Shown here: piece by piece, positions 48,932 to 58,049 of the stretch
Position numbering within the stretch: position 1 is the first letter of the stretch
Layout of the letters: each line of letters opens with the position of its first letter
DNA from: an uncultured bacterium
Lineage (GTDB): Bacteria; Zixibacteria; MSB-5A5; UBA10806
NCBI GenBank assembly: GCA_965541585.1
Contig: CBEUCH010000015.1
Location: 7,120 to 71,119 of the forward strand
DNA: 64,000 nt
Direction: 5' to 3'
The notes under the pieces: model-generated
Database searches by the model: none
What the model was told of the DNA's origin: nothing
Seen by the model: the letters and a program-made list of their open reading frames with translations, nothing else
Made by a program: the position numbers and the translations under genes

Positions 48932-51900
48932 ATGACAAGAGACAAAATCACAGAAGATGCAGTCGAACAGGTAGCCATAGAGCTACTCGAAGAGCAGGGA
49001 TACCACTACCTCACTCCCGAACAGTGGGAGGCTGAACGAGGGGACCTATCCAATGTTCTCTTGAGGGATCGTCTGAAAACTGCCATTGATAAACTTAACC
49101 CGATAATTCCGCAGGAAGCGAAAGAACAAGCCTTACGAGTAGTGTCGAATCTTCCCAGTCAGAATTTGGTGGAGAACAACGAGACGTTTCATCGGATGTT
49201 GACCGATGGAATTGACGTTGAATATATGGGAGATGATGGCATTAAAGGTGATAAGGTCTGGCTTATTGATTTCAAAGAACTCACCGAAAATGACCTGGTC
49301 GTTTGTAATCAGTTTACGGTTATCCAGGACAGCCTCAACAAACGCCCAGACGTGGTGCTGTTTGTTAATGGATTGCCACTTGTTGTGATAGAGTTGAAAA
49401 ATCCAGCTGATGAAAACGCTACTGTTAAGAAAGCATATACCCAGCTCCAGAATTACAAGAACGCAATCCCCAATCTGTTTTATTATAATGGAATTTTAAT
49501 AGCTTCTGATGGCCTGGACGCAAAGGTTGGATCATTGACTGCAGGTTGGTCTCGGTTCATGGTCTGGAAAACGAGCGATGGAGCCAAGGAAGATAAGGTC
49601 ACTATTCCTCAAATGGAAACCGTCATCAGAGGTATGCTGAGACCCGATGTACTGTTTGACCTTATAAAGCAGTTCACTGTCTTTGAAAAAACCAAAAAAG
49701 AGGACACCAAGACCAGATTCACAACAATAGAAACAGCTAAGAAGATAGCGGCATATCACCAGTATTATGCCGTCAAGAAAGCAGTTGAATCTACCAAGCG
49801 GGCCGCCAGTGATAATGGAAGTAGAAAAGGTGGCGTTGTCTGGCATACGCAAGGCAGCGGTAAATCTCTTTCCATGGTGTTCTATTCAGGACAGACAGTA
49901 TTAGAACTTGATAACCCAACGATTGTAGTAATTACCGATAGAAATGATCTTGATGATCAGCTATTTGATACTTTCGCGGGTTGTAAACAGCTATTAAGAC
50001 AAGAGCCAGTACAGGCGGAGAATCGGGAACACCTAAAAAAACTACTCAAGGTTGCTGGCGGCGGTATCGTATTCACGACAATTCAGAAGTTCTCGCCTGA
50101 AGACGGCGGAGATGTATTTGATCTATTATCTGACAGAAAAAACATCGTTGTAATAGCCGACGAAGCCCATAGGAGCCAGTACGGATTCGGCGCCAAGACT
50201 ATCGTGCGAAATAATGAAGCATATACCAGTTATGGCTTCGCTAAGTATCTCAGGGATGCCCTTCCAAAAGCGACCTTCATTGGATTTACAGGCACACCTA
50301 TTGAAAAAGAAGACAGATCAACGCGAGCAGTCTTTGGCAATGAAATTGATATCTATGATATTTCTCAGGCTGTCAAAGACGGAGCAACTGTTCGTATTTA
50401 CTATGAATCCCGATTAGCTAAAGTCCACCTGAAACCCGAGGAGAAAGATAAGCTCGACGCTGAAGTTGAAAGAATAACTGAAGGTGAAGAATCGACTGCG
50501 AAGGAAAAGGCAAAAGCCAAATGGACTCAACTCGAAGCAATAGTTGGGCATCGGGATAGGCTAAAATCTGTCGCCAAAGATATTATCGATCATTTTGAGA
50601 GGCGGGAGGAAGTATTTGACGGTAAGGCCCTAATTGTGACTACGAGCCGTCGCATAGCTGTTGAGTTATACGAAAAAATAATGGCCTTACGTCCACATTG
50701 GCATGGCGACGATAAGAGAAAAGGCGAGATCAAGGTAATAATGACCTCCAGTTCCAGCGATCCTCAAAGCTGGCAAAAGCATAATACAACAAAGCAGGAC
50801 AGAAAAGACATTGGGGAAAGGTTCAAAGACCCGAATGATAGGCTGAAATTCGTTATAGTTAGGGATATGTGGCTTACAGGCTTTGATGCCCCTTGTCTCC
50901 ACACCATGTACGTTGATAAGCTGATGCGAGGACATAACCTAATGCAGGCCATAGCGCGCGTGAATAGGGTTTTCAAAGATAAACCTGGCGGCCTCATTGT
51001 TGACTATATCGGAATTGGATACGATCTCAAAAAAGCGATGGCAACCTATTCTGAAAGCGGTGGGGAGGGTGAACCAACTTTGGATATTGATGAAGCTATC
51101 GCGACAATGCTGGAGAAGTACGAAATCGTTGCTCAAATGTTTGATGGTTTTGATTATAAGCGATATTTTACAGCCAATACTAAAGACAAGATGACAATCA
51201 TCTTGGAAGCCCAGGAGCATATTCTCGGTCTGGACGACGGCAAGAACAGATTTGTAAGACAGGTGATTCTGCTTTCAAAAGCCTTTGCCCTATCCGTGCC
51301 AAATGAAGAGGCAATGGCGATTAAGGATGATATTGGCTTCTTTCAAACGGTAAAGGCTCGTCTCACGAAATTCACTCCAACAGGAGGCGGTAAGTCTGAC
51401 GAGGAGATAGAAACAGCAATACGGCAGATTGTCGATAAAGCCATAGTTTCAGAAGGAGTAGTCGATATATTTGCTGCTGCTGGTATCAAGAAGCCTGATA
51501 TTTCGATATTGTCGGATGAATTTATGGCTGAAATTAAAGGTATGAAACGAAAGAACCTAGCTTTTGAATTATTAAAGAAAATCTTGTCCGACGAAATCAG
51601 GCTCAGATTGACCAGAAACCTAATTCATGGCAAAAAGCTATCTGAACTGTTGGAAAACGCTATTAAGAAATACCAGAATAACCTCCTGACCGCGTTTCAA
51701 GTTATTGAAGAATTGATTGAACTGGCTAAACACATCAAGTCCGAAGATGAGCGCGGCAAAGAGATGAATTTGTCCGCAGATGAAATTGCATTCTACGATG
51801 CTTTGGCAGATAACGATAGCGCAAAAGAAGTTCTCGGCGATGACACACTACGAGAGCTTGCTAGAATATTGGTCGAGAAAGTTCGCGCTAATACGTCAAT

Positions 51901-52054
51901 TGACTGGACAATTAAGGAGAGTGTTCAGGCCAAATTGCGGACAATAATCAAGAGAACGCTACGCAAGTTCGGCTACCCGCCTGATAAGCAGTTGTTGGCA
52001 ACCGAGAATATTCTTAAACAAGCGGAGTTGTTTGCAAATGAATGGGCTGCGTAG
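48932..52054 (+). CDS. hsdR: Type I restriction enzyme R subunit (SF2 helicase-nuclease)
   Basis: The HsdR N-terminal nuclease region, Walker A HTQGSGKSLSMV, DEAH box VVIADEAHRSQ and motif VI region are present. It is 1040 aa. Confidence 0.85.
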   Translation: MTRDKITEDAVEQVAIELLEEQGYHYLTPEQWEAERGDLSNVLLRDRLKTAIDKLNPIIPQEAKEQALRVVSNLPSQNLVENNETFHRMLTDGIDVEYMGDDGIKGDKVWLIDFKELTENDLVVCNQFTVIQDSLNKRPDVVLFVNGLPLVVIELKNPADENATVKKAYTQLQNYKNAIPNLFYYNGILIASDGLDAKVGSLTAGWSRFMVWKTSDGAKEDKVTIPQMETVIRGMLRPDVLFDLIKQFTVFEKTKKEDTKTRFTTIETAKKIAAYHQYYAVKKAVESTKRAASDNGSRKGGVVWHTQGSGKSLSMVFYSGQTVLELDNPTIVVITDRNDLDDQLFDTFAGCKQLLRQEPVQAENREHLKKLLKVAGGGIVFTTIQKFSPEDGGDVFDLLSDRKNIVVIADEAHRSQYGFGAKTIVRNNEAYTSYGFAKYLRDALPKATFIGFTGTPIEKEDRSTRAVFGNEIDIYDISQAVKDGATVRIYYESRLAKVHLKPEEKDKLDAEVERITEGEESTAKEKAKAKWTQLEAIVGHRDRLKSVAKDIIDHFERREEVFDGKALIVTTSRRIAVELYEKIMALRPHWHGDDKRKGEIKVIMTSSSSDPQSWQKHNTTKQDRKDIGERFKDPNDRLKFVIVRDMWLTGFDAPCLHTMYVDKLMRGHNLMQAIARVNRVFKDKPGGLIVDYIGIGYDLKKAMATYSESGGEGEPTLDIDEAIATMLEKYEIVAQMFDGFDYKRYFTANTKDKMTIILEAQEHILGLDDGKNRFVRQVILLSKAFALSVPNEEAMAIKDDIGFFQTVKARLTKFTPTGGGKSDEEIETAIRQIVDKAIVSEGVVDIFAAAGIKKPDISILSDEFMAEIKGMKRKNLAFELLKKILSDEIRLRLTRNLIHGKKLSELLENAIKKYQNNLLTAFQVIEELIELAKHIKSEDERGKEMNLSADEIAFYDALADNDSAKEVLGDDTLRELARILVEKVRANTSIDWTIKESVQAKLRTIIKRTLRKFGYPPDKQLLATENILKQAELFANEWAA

Positions 52055-52154
52055 ATGTCAGGAATTTATTTATGAATATTTTGAACCAAACATAACTTGA
52101 AGTCCACGAGCAGAAGATAAAAACAAAATAGGCGAGGTTTGGGGGGAATGACAT

Positions 52155-54647
52155 ATGATAAATAAAATAATTAAATTGAACAATCTTGGTCTCTTCAAAG
52201 GATCAACATGGGCAGATAGTGATCTCCAGTTTGGGAAGGTCAATCTCCTTTACGGATTTACTGGGAGCGGGAAAACAATGCTTTCCAATGTTCTAAGGAT
52301 GTTCAGCAAAGACTTACCCAGTGATGAACAATGTGCGATCCTGGACCAACTGCGCAATAAGGAGAGTGTGGATGTTGAGATTGAGCTACTATGGGATAGT
52401 AAAAAGGTAAGATCCTTCTCTGAAAGAAAGAGCATTTTCGTGTTCAACTCACATTTTGTGAATGAACATGTCTATGACGGCTCAAGCTCAAAGCTAAAAC
52501 ACTTTAAGGCAAGTGTTGTTACAACAGAGCATCTCAAGAATCCAGAAATAAAAAAATCGGAGGACTCTATATCAGTTAAGCAACAACAGTATGAGCAGAA
52601 TCAGAAGCAGATCACGCAGTTGTCCGAGCTGGCGCGTACAACAAGGGCTAATCTCTCAAACCTGTGGAACGCGTCTATTTCTGGTCCCAGACTACCGCAA
52701 AATCTAAATCTCAACAATCCCGAGATCATCCCTCATGGGGCCTCAGAAATTACGCTTGATGAACTTGAGAACCAATTGGCGGATCATTATCGAAAGTTCA
52801 AGGTCACAAAAAGTAATTATGATCTGCAAAAGGATGAAAAAACACTGGAAGAAAGGACCTTTGAAAAACTCACCATCCCATTAGCAATAGAGTCACAACT
52901 ACAAAAGGATATTTCGCAGGAGGCCTACAAGAAAATAAAGGGGAGGCTGGACACTCTCAAAGAGTCAGAACTCAAGCATTCAAGCGTTCAGGAATGGTTT
53001 GAAGACGGTGTTGTGCTCCTGACTGACTCAAAGGATAGGCAGAAATGCCCTCTTTGTGATAGCGACATTCCCAATATAAGAGAGATCATCGAGGACTATA
53101 ACAGTTTCTTCAATGAGGAATTTGTAGGACTTCAAAAGGCCCTCGCTGCGGAAGTGCAGCAATTGAACACAATCTTAGAAACGGCAAGGAATGATAAGGA
53201 CCGATTTGATATTCTTAGCAAGATTATTCATAAATATCAGTTTATAGAGAAACTCACAAAGGACCAGAAATCCTTGCTACAGGAATATTCCATTATCGAG
53301 CTTGAAGACGTTGTAAATTCTGCCAAGAACCTTGTTGTTAAGAAACAAAAACAACTGGAAACGCTGTTCTTCGATAAGGACTTAGCCCCGATCCGTGATG
53401 CACTAGAAGAAATCAGAGCATACAACAAGACCATTGATAAGATTGAAACTCTTAGGAAAAAAGCACTGGTTGAGTTGAAGAGGAGTAGCTTCAATCTCAA
53501 TACGGCAAAAGAGACCGCAAAAGATTGTTTCTGGAAGAAATTCGATACCCTCGGGCATGTCTATGCAAAGAAATACGCGAGGAGCAACGAAGGTAAGAAA
53601 ACAGATCAGATGGGAGGAATCGAATTCTACAAATACCTGATTGAAATAAATGAGTGCTTAAGCAGGGAAATAGGGCAATGTAGGAAAGACAAGCTAGTTT
53701 TATTATCAAAACTGAAGAAAGAATCAGAGTTTGTGAATTCATTTCTCCAGCAGTTGTGTATTGCAAACTTCAAGATCAGAGTCGGCGATAAGGAAGAAGA
53801 CGATATAGAGGTTATATACGGTGACGGTGTAACCAAGAAAGGAATAAAGTATTCGTTAAGTGAGGGGGAGAAAACTGCTCTCGCTTTCGCGTATTTTCTC
53901 AGTAAGGTCAAGTATGAAATTTTAGATAACACACAGAGTAGACTGAAAGACCATGTAATGGTCATTGACGACCCAGTATCAAGTCTTGACGAAAACAGGC
54001 TATTCTCAACAGCATTACTCATAAAAGCAATGTTTGCTAGAGATTCAAAGCAATTATTCGTATTCAGCCATAATCTTGTGTTTTTGAAATTTATGGGCAG
54101 CGTTCTCGGGAAAGTGGATAATGAGGAGCGAAAGGATTTCTATCTGGAGAATGGGAAGATTGAGGGATTGCCAAAAACATTGCAGAACTTTCAAACATCG
54201 TACTTTTACAAGCTTGGAAGATTACAGGCCTATCTTGATGGGGAAGTGGATTACGAATCCGCGAAGGACGTGATTCCGAATTGTGCGCGAATAGTCTTGG
54301 AGTCATTTCTTTCTTTCAAATTGTGCCGTCTGAAGCAGGGTAGCGGTGCGAGTAACAGGTATAAGTCCGCTGGATTGGACAGGTTGATACCGGCAATAGA
54401 TGGCGTTAGCCTAACTGGTTTTACGCCGGTTGGCAATATCAATGACAAAAAAAGTCTGGTTCAAACGCTGTGCGAGATTAAGAACAGGGTGGATCCTGAA
54501 AGTCATGGAACGCCACAGGATATCACTGAGTTTGAGTTCCTGCCTGAATCTGAACTAAAGAAAGTCACCCATAATACTCTCGATGTAATTGCATTCTTAG
54601 ATCAGATCCATATTCGGGAGGTAAGCCGACTGGGCACACAAGGTTAG
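52155..54647 (+). CDS. RloC/PrrC-like ABC-type ATPase (AAA_13-like) with a long coiled-coil insert carrying a CxxC zinc hook. It is a putative anticodon-nuclease-type abortive infection protein.
   Basis: It has Walker A GFTGSGKTM, an ABC signature LSEGEKTALAF, Walker B/D-loop VMVIDDPVSSLDENR and an H-loop FSHN. Between Walker A and the signature lies about 500 aa of heptad-rich sequence with QKCPLCDSD at its midpoint. The C-terminal 170 aa includes ARIVLESF (an R-x3-E pair as in the PrrC ACNase motif). Confidence 0.5.
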   Translation: MINKIIKLNNLGLFKGSTWADSDLQFGKVNLLYGFTGSGKTMLSNVLRMFSKDLPSDEQCAILDQLRNKESVDVEIELLWDSKKVRSFSERKSIFVFNSHFVNEHVYDGSSSKLKHFKASVVTTEHLKNPEIKKSEDSISVKQQQYEQNQKQITQLSELARTTRANLSNLWNASISGPRLPQNLNLNNPEIIPHGASEITLDELENQLADHYRKFKVTKSNYDLQKDEKTLEERTFEKLTIPLAIESQLQKDISQEAYKKIKGRLDTLKESELKHSSVQEWFEDGVVLLTDSKDRQKCPLCDSDIPNIREIIEDYNSFFNEEFVGLQKALAAEVQQLNTILETARNDKDRFDILSKIIHKYQFIEKLTKDQKSLLQEYSIIELEDVVNSAKNLVVKKQKQLETLFFDKDLAPIRDALEEIRAYNKTIDKIETLRKKALVELKRSSFNLNTAKETAKDCFWKKFDTLGHVYAKKYARSNEGKKTDQMGGIEFYKYLIEINECLSREIGQCRKDKLVLLSKLKKESEFVNSFLQQLCIANFKIRVGDKEEDDIEVIYGDGVTKKGIKYSLSEGEKTALAFAYFLSKVKYEILDNTQSRLKDHVMVIDDPVSSLDENRLFSTALLIKAMFARDSKQLFVFSHNLVFLKFMGSVLGKVDNEERKDFYLENGKIEGLPKTLQNFQTSYFYKLGRLQAYLDGEVDYESAKDVIPNCARIVLESFLSFKLCRLKQGSGASNRYKSAGLDRLIPAIDGVSLTGFTPVGNINDKKSLVQTLCEIKNRVDPESHGTPQDITEFEFLPESELKKVTHNTLDVIAFLDQIHIREVSRLGTQG

Positions 54648-54817
54648 GTGTTGAATTGGATGAACCTCATCACAGTTTTGTGGATATTATAGCGCAGTTG
54701 TTTTGCTCGGAAGATATCTGGCTTTGAAAAAGGTTCGAACATCCTTATCCGAATCGATCATTATGGTATAACTCGCCCCGTTTAATAGCCGACGATGGTG
54801 CCATCAGTAACTTCAGG

Positions 54818-54843
54818 CCGCCTCCATTTGATGGTATAAGAAT
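54818..54843 (+). promoter_or_regulatory. Promoter-like direct repeat copy 1 (GCCGCCTC-N-TTGATGGTATAAGAA; extended -10 TGgTATAAG)
   Basis: It lies about 170 bp upstream of the GIY-YIG gene. A near-identical element is found at 57037..57063. Confidence 0.35.
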
Positions 54844-55014
54844 GAAGCTTGCTTCACACGAGGTCTGCTATTTTTGGATGCAATAAGATACGATCTGGAT
54901 CGATCAATCTGGGCCGTATAACCGCAATAAAATCCTTGCCGTATGGGCCATGTTTCTCCTAGAATTTCCACAATAAAGGCGTTTGAGCATTTGAGAATAG
55001 ACTAGGAAACCAAA

Positions 55015-55743
55015 GTGACAGTCAAAAAAAAGAAGACTCGGCGGAGCAGGCAATTAGTTCTAGGCCATTTAGAACGGATTTCGAGTAAAGTATTTTCTGA
55101 CTTCCCAAAGCAACTTACAGATTTAGTGAGCAAACAACACGGTGTTTACGCCCTTTATAAGGGCAACCGTCTCTATTATGTTGGGCTTGCCAGCAATTTG
55201 AGAAATAGAATCAGACATCATTTGCGAGACAGACATGCAGGGAAGTGGGACAAATTCAGCCTTTATCTGGTAAGAAAAGCTGATCATATAAAAGAGCTTG
55301 AATCATTGATCTTGCGAATTGCGGATCCAACAGGAAATGCAATAAGGGGGGGATTGGCCCGAGCCGAGAATTTGAGATTTGAACTTCAGGCAAAAATAAA
55401 AGCAGCCCAGGAGAAACAACTATTTAGCCTACTTGGCGCCAAGAAGAGGATAAAACTAAAGCAGAGAAGGTCTCGACCGCAAAGAAAGGTCAAGATGGCT
55501 TCTAAACCTGCTTTAGCTCCCTACGTCAAAAGGCGTTTTAAGATTCGTGCCAGAGATCGTGGAAAATTGTTCGAAGCGAGAGTTAGGAGCAATGGCACAA
55601 TCAATTTCAACGGGAATCTTTTTAATTCACCGTCTGGCGCTGGAAAGGCCGCAACCGGTCGTTTAAAAAATGGATGGTGGTTCTGGCATTTCAAGAATAA
55701 GAAAGGTGAATGGGTGCGTCTGAGGGAGTTGAGGCGTAAGTAG
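55015..55743 (+). CDS. GIY-YIG nuclease-domain protein with a basic C-terminal region
   Basis: The N-terminal GVYALYKGNRLYYVGLASNLRNRIRHH is a GIY-(10)-YVG...R...N signature. The C-terminal NGWWFWHF...GEWVRLRELRRK resembles the small domain often fused to GIY-YIG in R-M-associated proteins. Confidence 0.5.
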   Translation: MTVKKKKTRRSRQLVLGHLERISSKVFSDFPKQLTDLVSKQHGVYALYKGNRLYYVGLASNLRNRIRHHLRDRHAGKWDKFSLYLVRKADHIKELESLILRIADPTGNAIRGGLARAENLRFELQAKIKAAQEKQLFSLLGAKKRIKLKQRRSRPQRKVKMASKPALAPYVKRRFKIRARDRGKLFEARVRSNGTINFNGNLFNSPSGAGKAATGRLKNGWWFWHFKNKKGEWVRLRELRRK

Positions 55744-55765
55744 GTAATACAGAAGGAGGTTTGTA

Positions 55766-55879
55766 ATGGCAGCTAAAAGAAGAGTCCGTTGCTCGGGCAA
55801 GACATCAGCAGGCAAAAGGTGTAAACGCAAGGTGGCGCTTCCTGCGAAACGCTGCCATCTTCACAAGAGACAAAGATAA
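55766..55879 (+). CDS. Small basic Cys-rich ORF (37 aa), likely co-transcribed with the GIY-YIG gene
   Basis: AAGGAGG lies 6 nt upstream of ATG. The product is MAAKRRVRCSGKTSAGKRCKRKVALPAKRCHLHKRQR (C-x9-C-x10-C-H-x-H). Confidence 0.3.
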   Translation: MAAKRRVRCSGKTSAGKRCKRKVALPAKRCHLHKRQR

Positions 55880-56076
55880 TGACCTGTCTTAGGCGGTTGG
55901 ATTCATTCCAGCCGCCTTTTTAAATGATTATGGCATATTACCTTGACAGTATAGTTGTCTAAATATTATGGTTTAGAAATGGCTGAATTCTGCGGAGAAT
56001 GCTGGGAAAAGATGGGAGCACCTCCAAAGGTCAACAGAATTTGACGCTTTTATAAGTGTTTGGAGAGTGAGGCATG

Positions 56077-56904
56077 TTATTCACCTGGTTCACTTTCGTC
56101 AAGCGCAGAATTATCCGTTTTTGATTTTTCTTCTTGAAAGATAAGAATTGAAAGCGGTATTAACAACAAAATTACTAAAGTGAACGCGATAAATGCTAGG
56201 GAATTGTTTCCCACCCAAGCCTTAAAGCCATGTAATTCGGTTGGGTAATCAATCTTTACAGACCCAGACGAAAAACTAACCCGAGTATCTTTTTCATCAA
56301 ATTTGCTGTCGAGCTTATCTGCCCAGCAAACGACTCTGATTCCTTCTCCAGGCAATAGTGAACCTAAATCAATCCTGTGGTCATATTTCTCATTTCTATC
56401 CTCTTTTCCGATGTGCTCTATGAAACAGTAACCTGAAGAAGGTAGTTGCAAAACAAGCCCTTTTACTTCCCTGCTACCGTCATTTTGAATTCTAAAGGTC
56501 CAATACGACCTCAAATCATATATAACGTCACTATAATCGGGTAATCTACTTCGTAGGAAAGCGGAAATATTATTGCCGTGATCTTGGGGAGATAAACAGC
56601 TGTCTACCTCGATTCGTAGAACGGAGTCTATACTATCAGAGTATTCACGGCCTAGGACATTATTAATGAAATCAACAATCGGGTAAGGATCATAATGCTC
56701 ATGATGGGAGCCTGTTGCTTTGATGTCGAAATCTTTCGTAAATATTACGCCGTATAATTGAATTGCGTAATACACTGATCCAGGAATACCAAAAACAGCA
56801 ATGATCCATGGAAGCCAAAATTTGACTCTAAAATTCATCACTTTTCCTTCCTTAAAAGGACTTACGACCTCTATGAATTTATCAAATTTGAACAAGACTG
56901 TCAA
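56077..56904 (-). CDS. Hypothetical membrane protein (N- and C-terminal TM helices)
   Basis: It has the hydrophobic segments FWLPWIIAVFGIPGSVYYAIQLYGVIF and LAFIAFTLVILLLIPLSILIF. Internal ATG 56838 is an alternative start. Confidence 0.35.
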   Translation of the reverse strand: MTVLFKFDKFIEVVSPFKEGKVMNFRVKFWLPWIIAVFGIPGSVYYAIQLYGVIFTKDFDIKATGSHHEHYDPYPIVDFINNVLGREYSDSIDSVLRIEVDSCLSPQDHGNNISAFLRSRLPDYSDVIYDLRSYWTFRIQNDGSREVKGLVLQLPSSGYCFIEHIGKEDRNEKYDHRIDLGSLLPGEGIRVVCWADKLDSKFDEKDTRVSFSSGSVKIDYPTELHGFKAWVGNNSLAFIAFTLVILLLIPLSILIFQEEKSKTDNSALDESEPGE

Positions 56905-57036
56905 ATAAAAGCTAAAAATCTAATATGAGCACTTGGATATGCGGGAGTTGTACCTATATTCCCTTAAAACCGTCCTCATGCCTTCGTCGGCTGCCAAATT
57001 GACAAAGAACCTTATGCTATAAGGGTGGCACATCAA

Positions 57037-57063
57037 GCCGCCTCTTTTTAGTGGTATAAGAAC
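57037..57063 (+). promoter_or_regulatory. Promoter-like direct repeat copy 2 (GCCGCCTC-N-TTAGTGGTATAAGAA)
   Basis: It lies about 80 bp upstream of ATG 57142, and the same element is found at 54818. Confidence 0.35.
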
Positions 57064-57141
57064 CCTGATAGCCGCCTATCCCTTGCCATTTCATCAATAT
57101 ACGAATCAATCATTTCCAAAGCCCATAGAAAGGAGTCATCA

Positions 57142-57864
57142 TTGGATGATAAAATGTTGAAGACAGGCCAAATCCAGAAAGCCTTGGTCGAAGCTGGCTT
57201 TAATCCCGAAGAGGAACTGCTGAATCTGGAATCATCCGGCAGTGGTTTTGAAGTCCCTAGGATTAGGATCGATCATAAAGACTCGGGAAAACACCGTATC
57301 TATATTGACCACGGAGAGAACTACCTTGGCGGGGACACCCAGGAAGAGACCCTACCCGAGAGCACATTTCAGGCAGTCGTATTCGCGGAGCAGGACATCA
57401 GGGCCCTTTGGACAGATGGTATAGCACTGCCAATCTGCAGTGGAATAGACGGAAAGCCGATGGTGAACGATCCGGTTAGCCCGAGCTGTATGAATTGCGA
57501 GGAAGCAATCATCAACCGGGGCAAGTGCAAACCGAAAATCAGACTATGGCTGCTTCTCGAAAAAGAGGGACAGATCAGGCCATTTGTAATGAGCCTGAGT
57601 CCGACATCGATCAAACACTGGAACCAGCATAAAAGAAAGCTGAAGAGGTCGAGGCTTCCTGTCGTTGCGGTAACCACTGTCTTCAGTCTTCAGGACGTAA
57701 AGAAGAACAGCTACAGATGGGCGGAAGTCCTGTTTGACGTTGCCGGGAGGCCATCGATGGATACGCTTCAGATGGCCAAACAGGCCCGGGATGAGTTGGA
57801 TCGGGTGATGCAGGACATCACGGTCAGAGACTTTGAGGATTCTGGGGAACAGTCTGGGAGCTAA
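57142..57864 (+). CDS. Hypothetical protein (240 aa), upstream partner of the large helicase gene
   Basis: An open frame with a CSGIDG...CMNCEE...CKPK Cys cluster. No family is recognised. Confidence 0.4.
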   Translation: MDDKMLKTGQIQKALVEAGFNPEEELLNLESSGSGFEVPRIRIDHKDSGKHRIYIDHGENYLGGDTQEETLPESTFQAVVFAEQDIRALWTDGIALPICSGIDGKPMVNDPVSPSCMNCEEAIINRGKCKPKIRLWLLLEKEGQIRPFVMSLSPTSIKHWNQHKRKLKRSRLPVVAVTTVFSLQDVKKNSYRWAEVLFDVAGRPSMDTLQMAKQARDELDRVMQDITVRDFEDSGEQSGS

Positions 57865-58049
57865 GGGAAGAAGCCGGCCTCGTAAGGGGTCGGTTTCATC
57901 ATTCGCAAAATGAACTTGATGTTTGATTCTCGAAAATTTGCCTTTACATACGATTCGACCCACATTATTATGTATGAAATTCCGTAATTCTGTCAGACGC
58001 CTTGTAGGTCAACTGTTGTCTTAATAGCCACCAAATTAAGAGGCAACAA

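Noticed and set aside
53237-54022. Minus-strand ORFs of 87-131 aa
   Set aside because: They are antisense to the RloC-like gene and their low-complexity Ser/Leu-rich products are typical of shadow frames.
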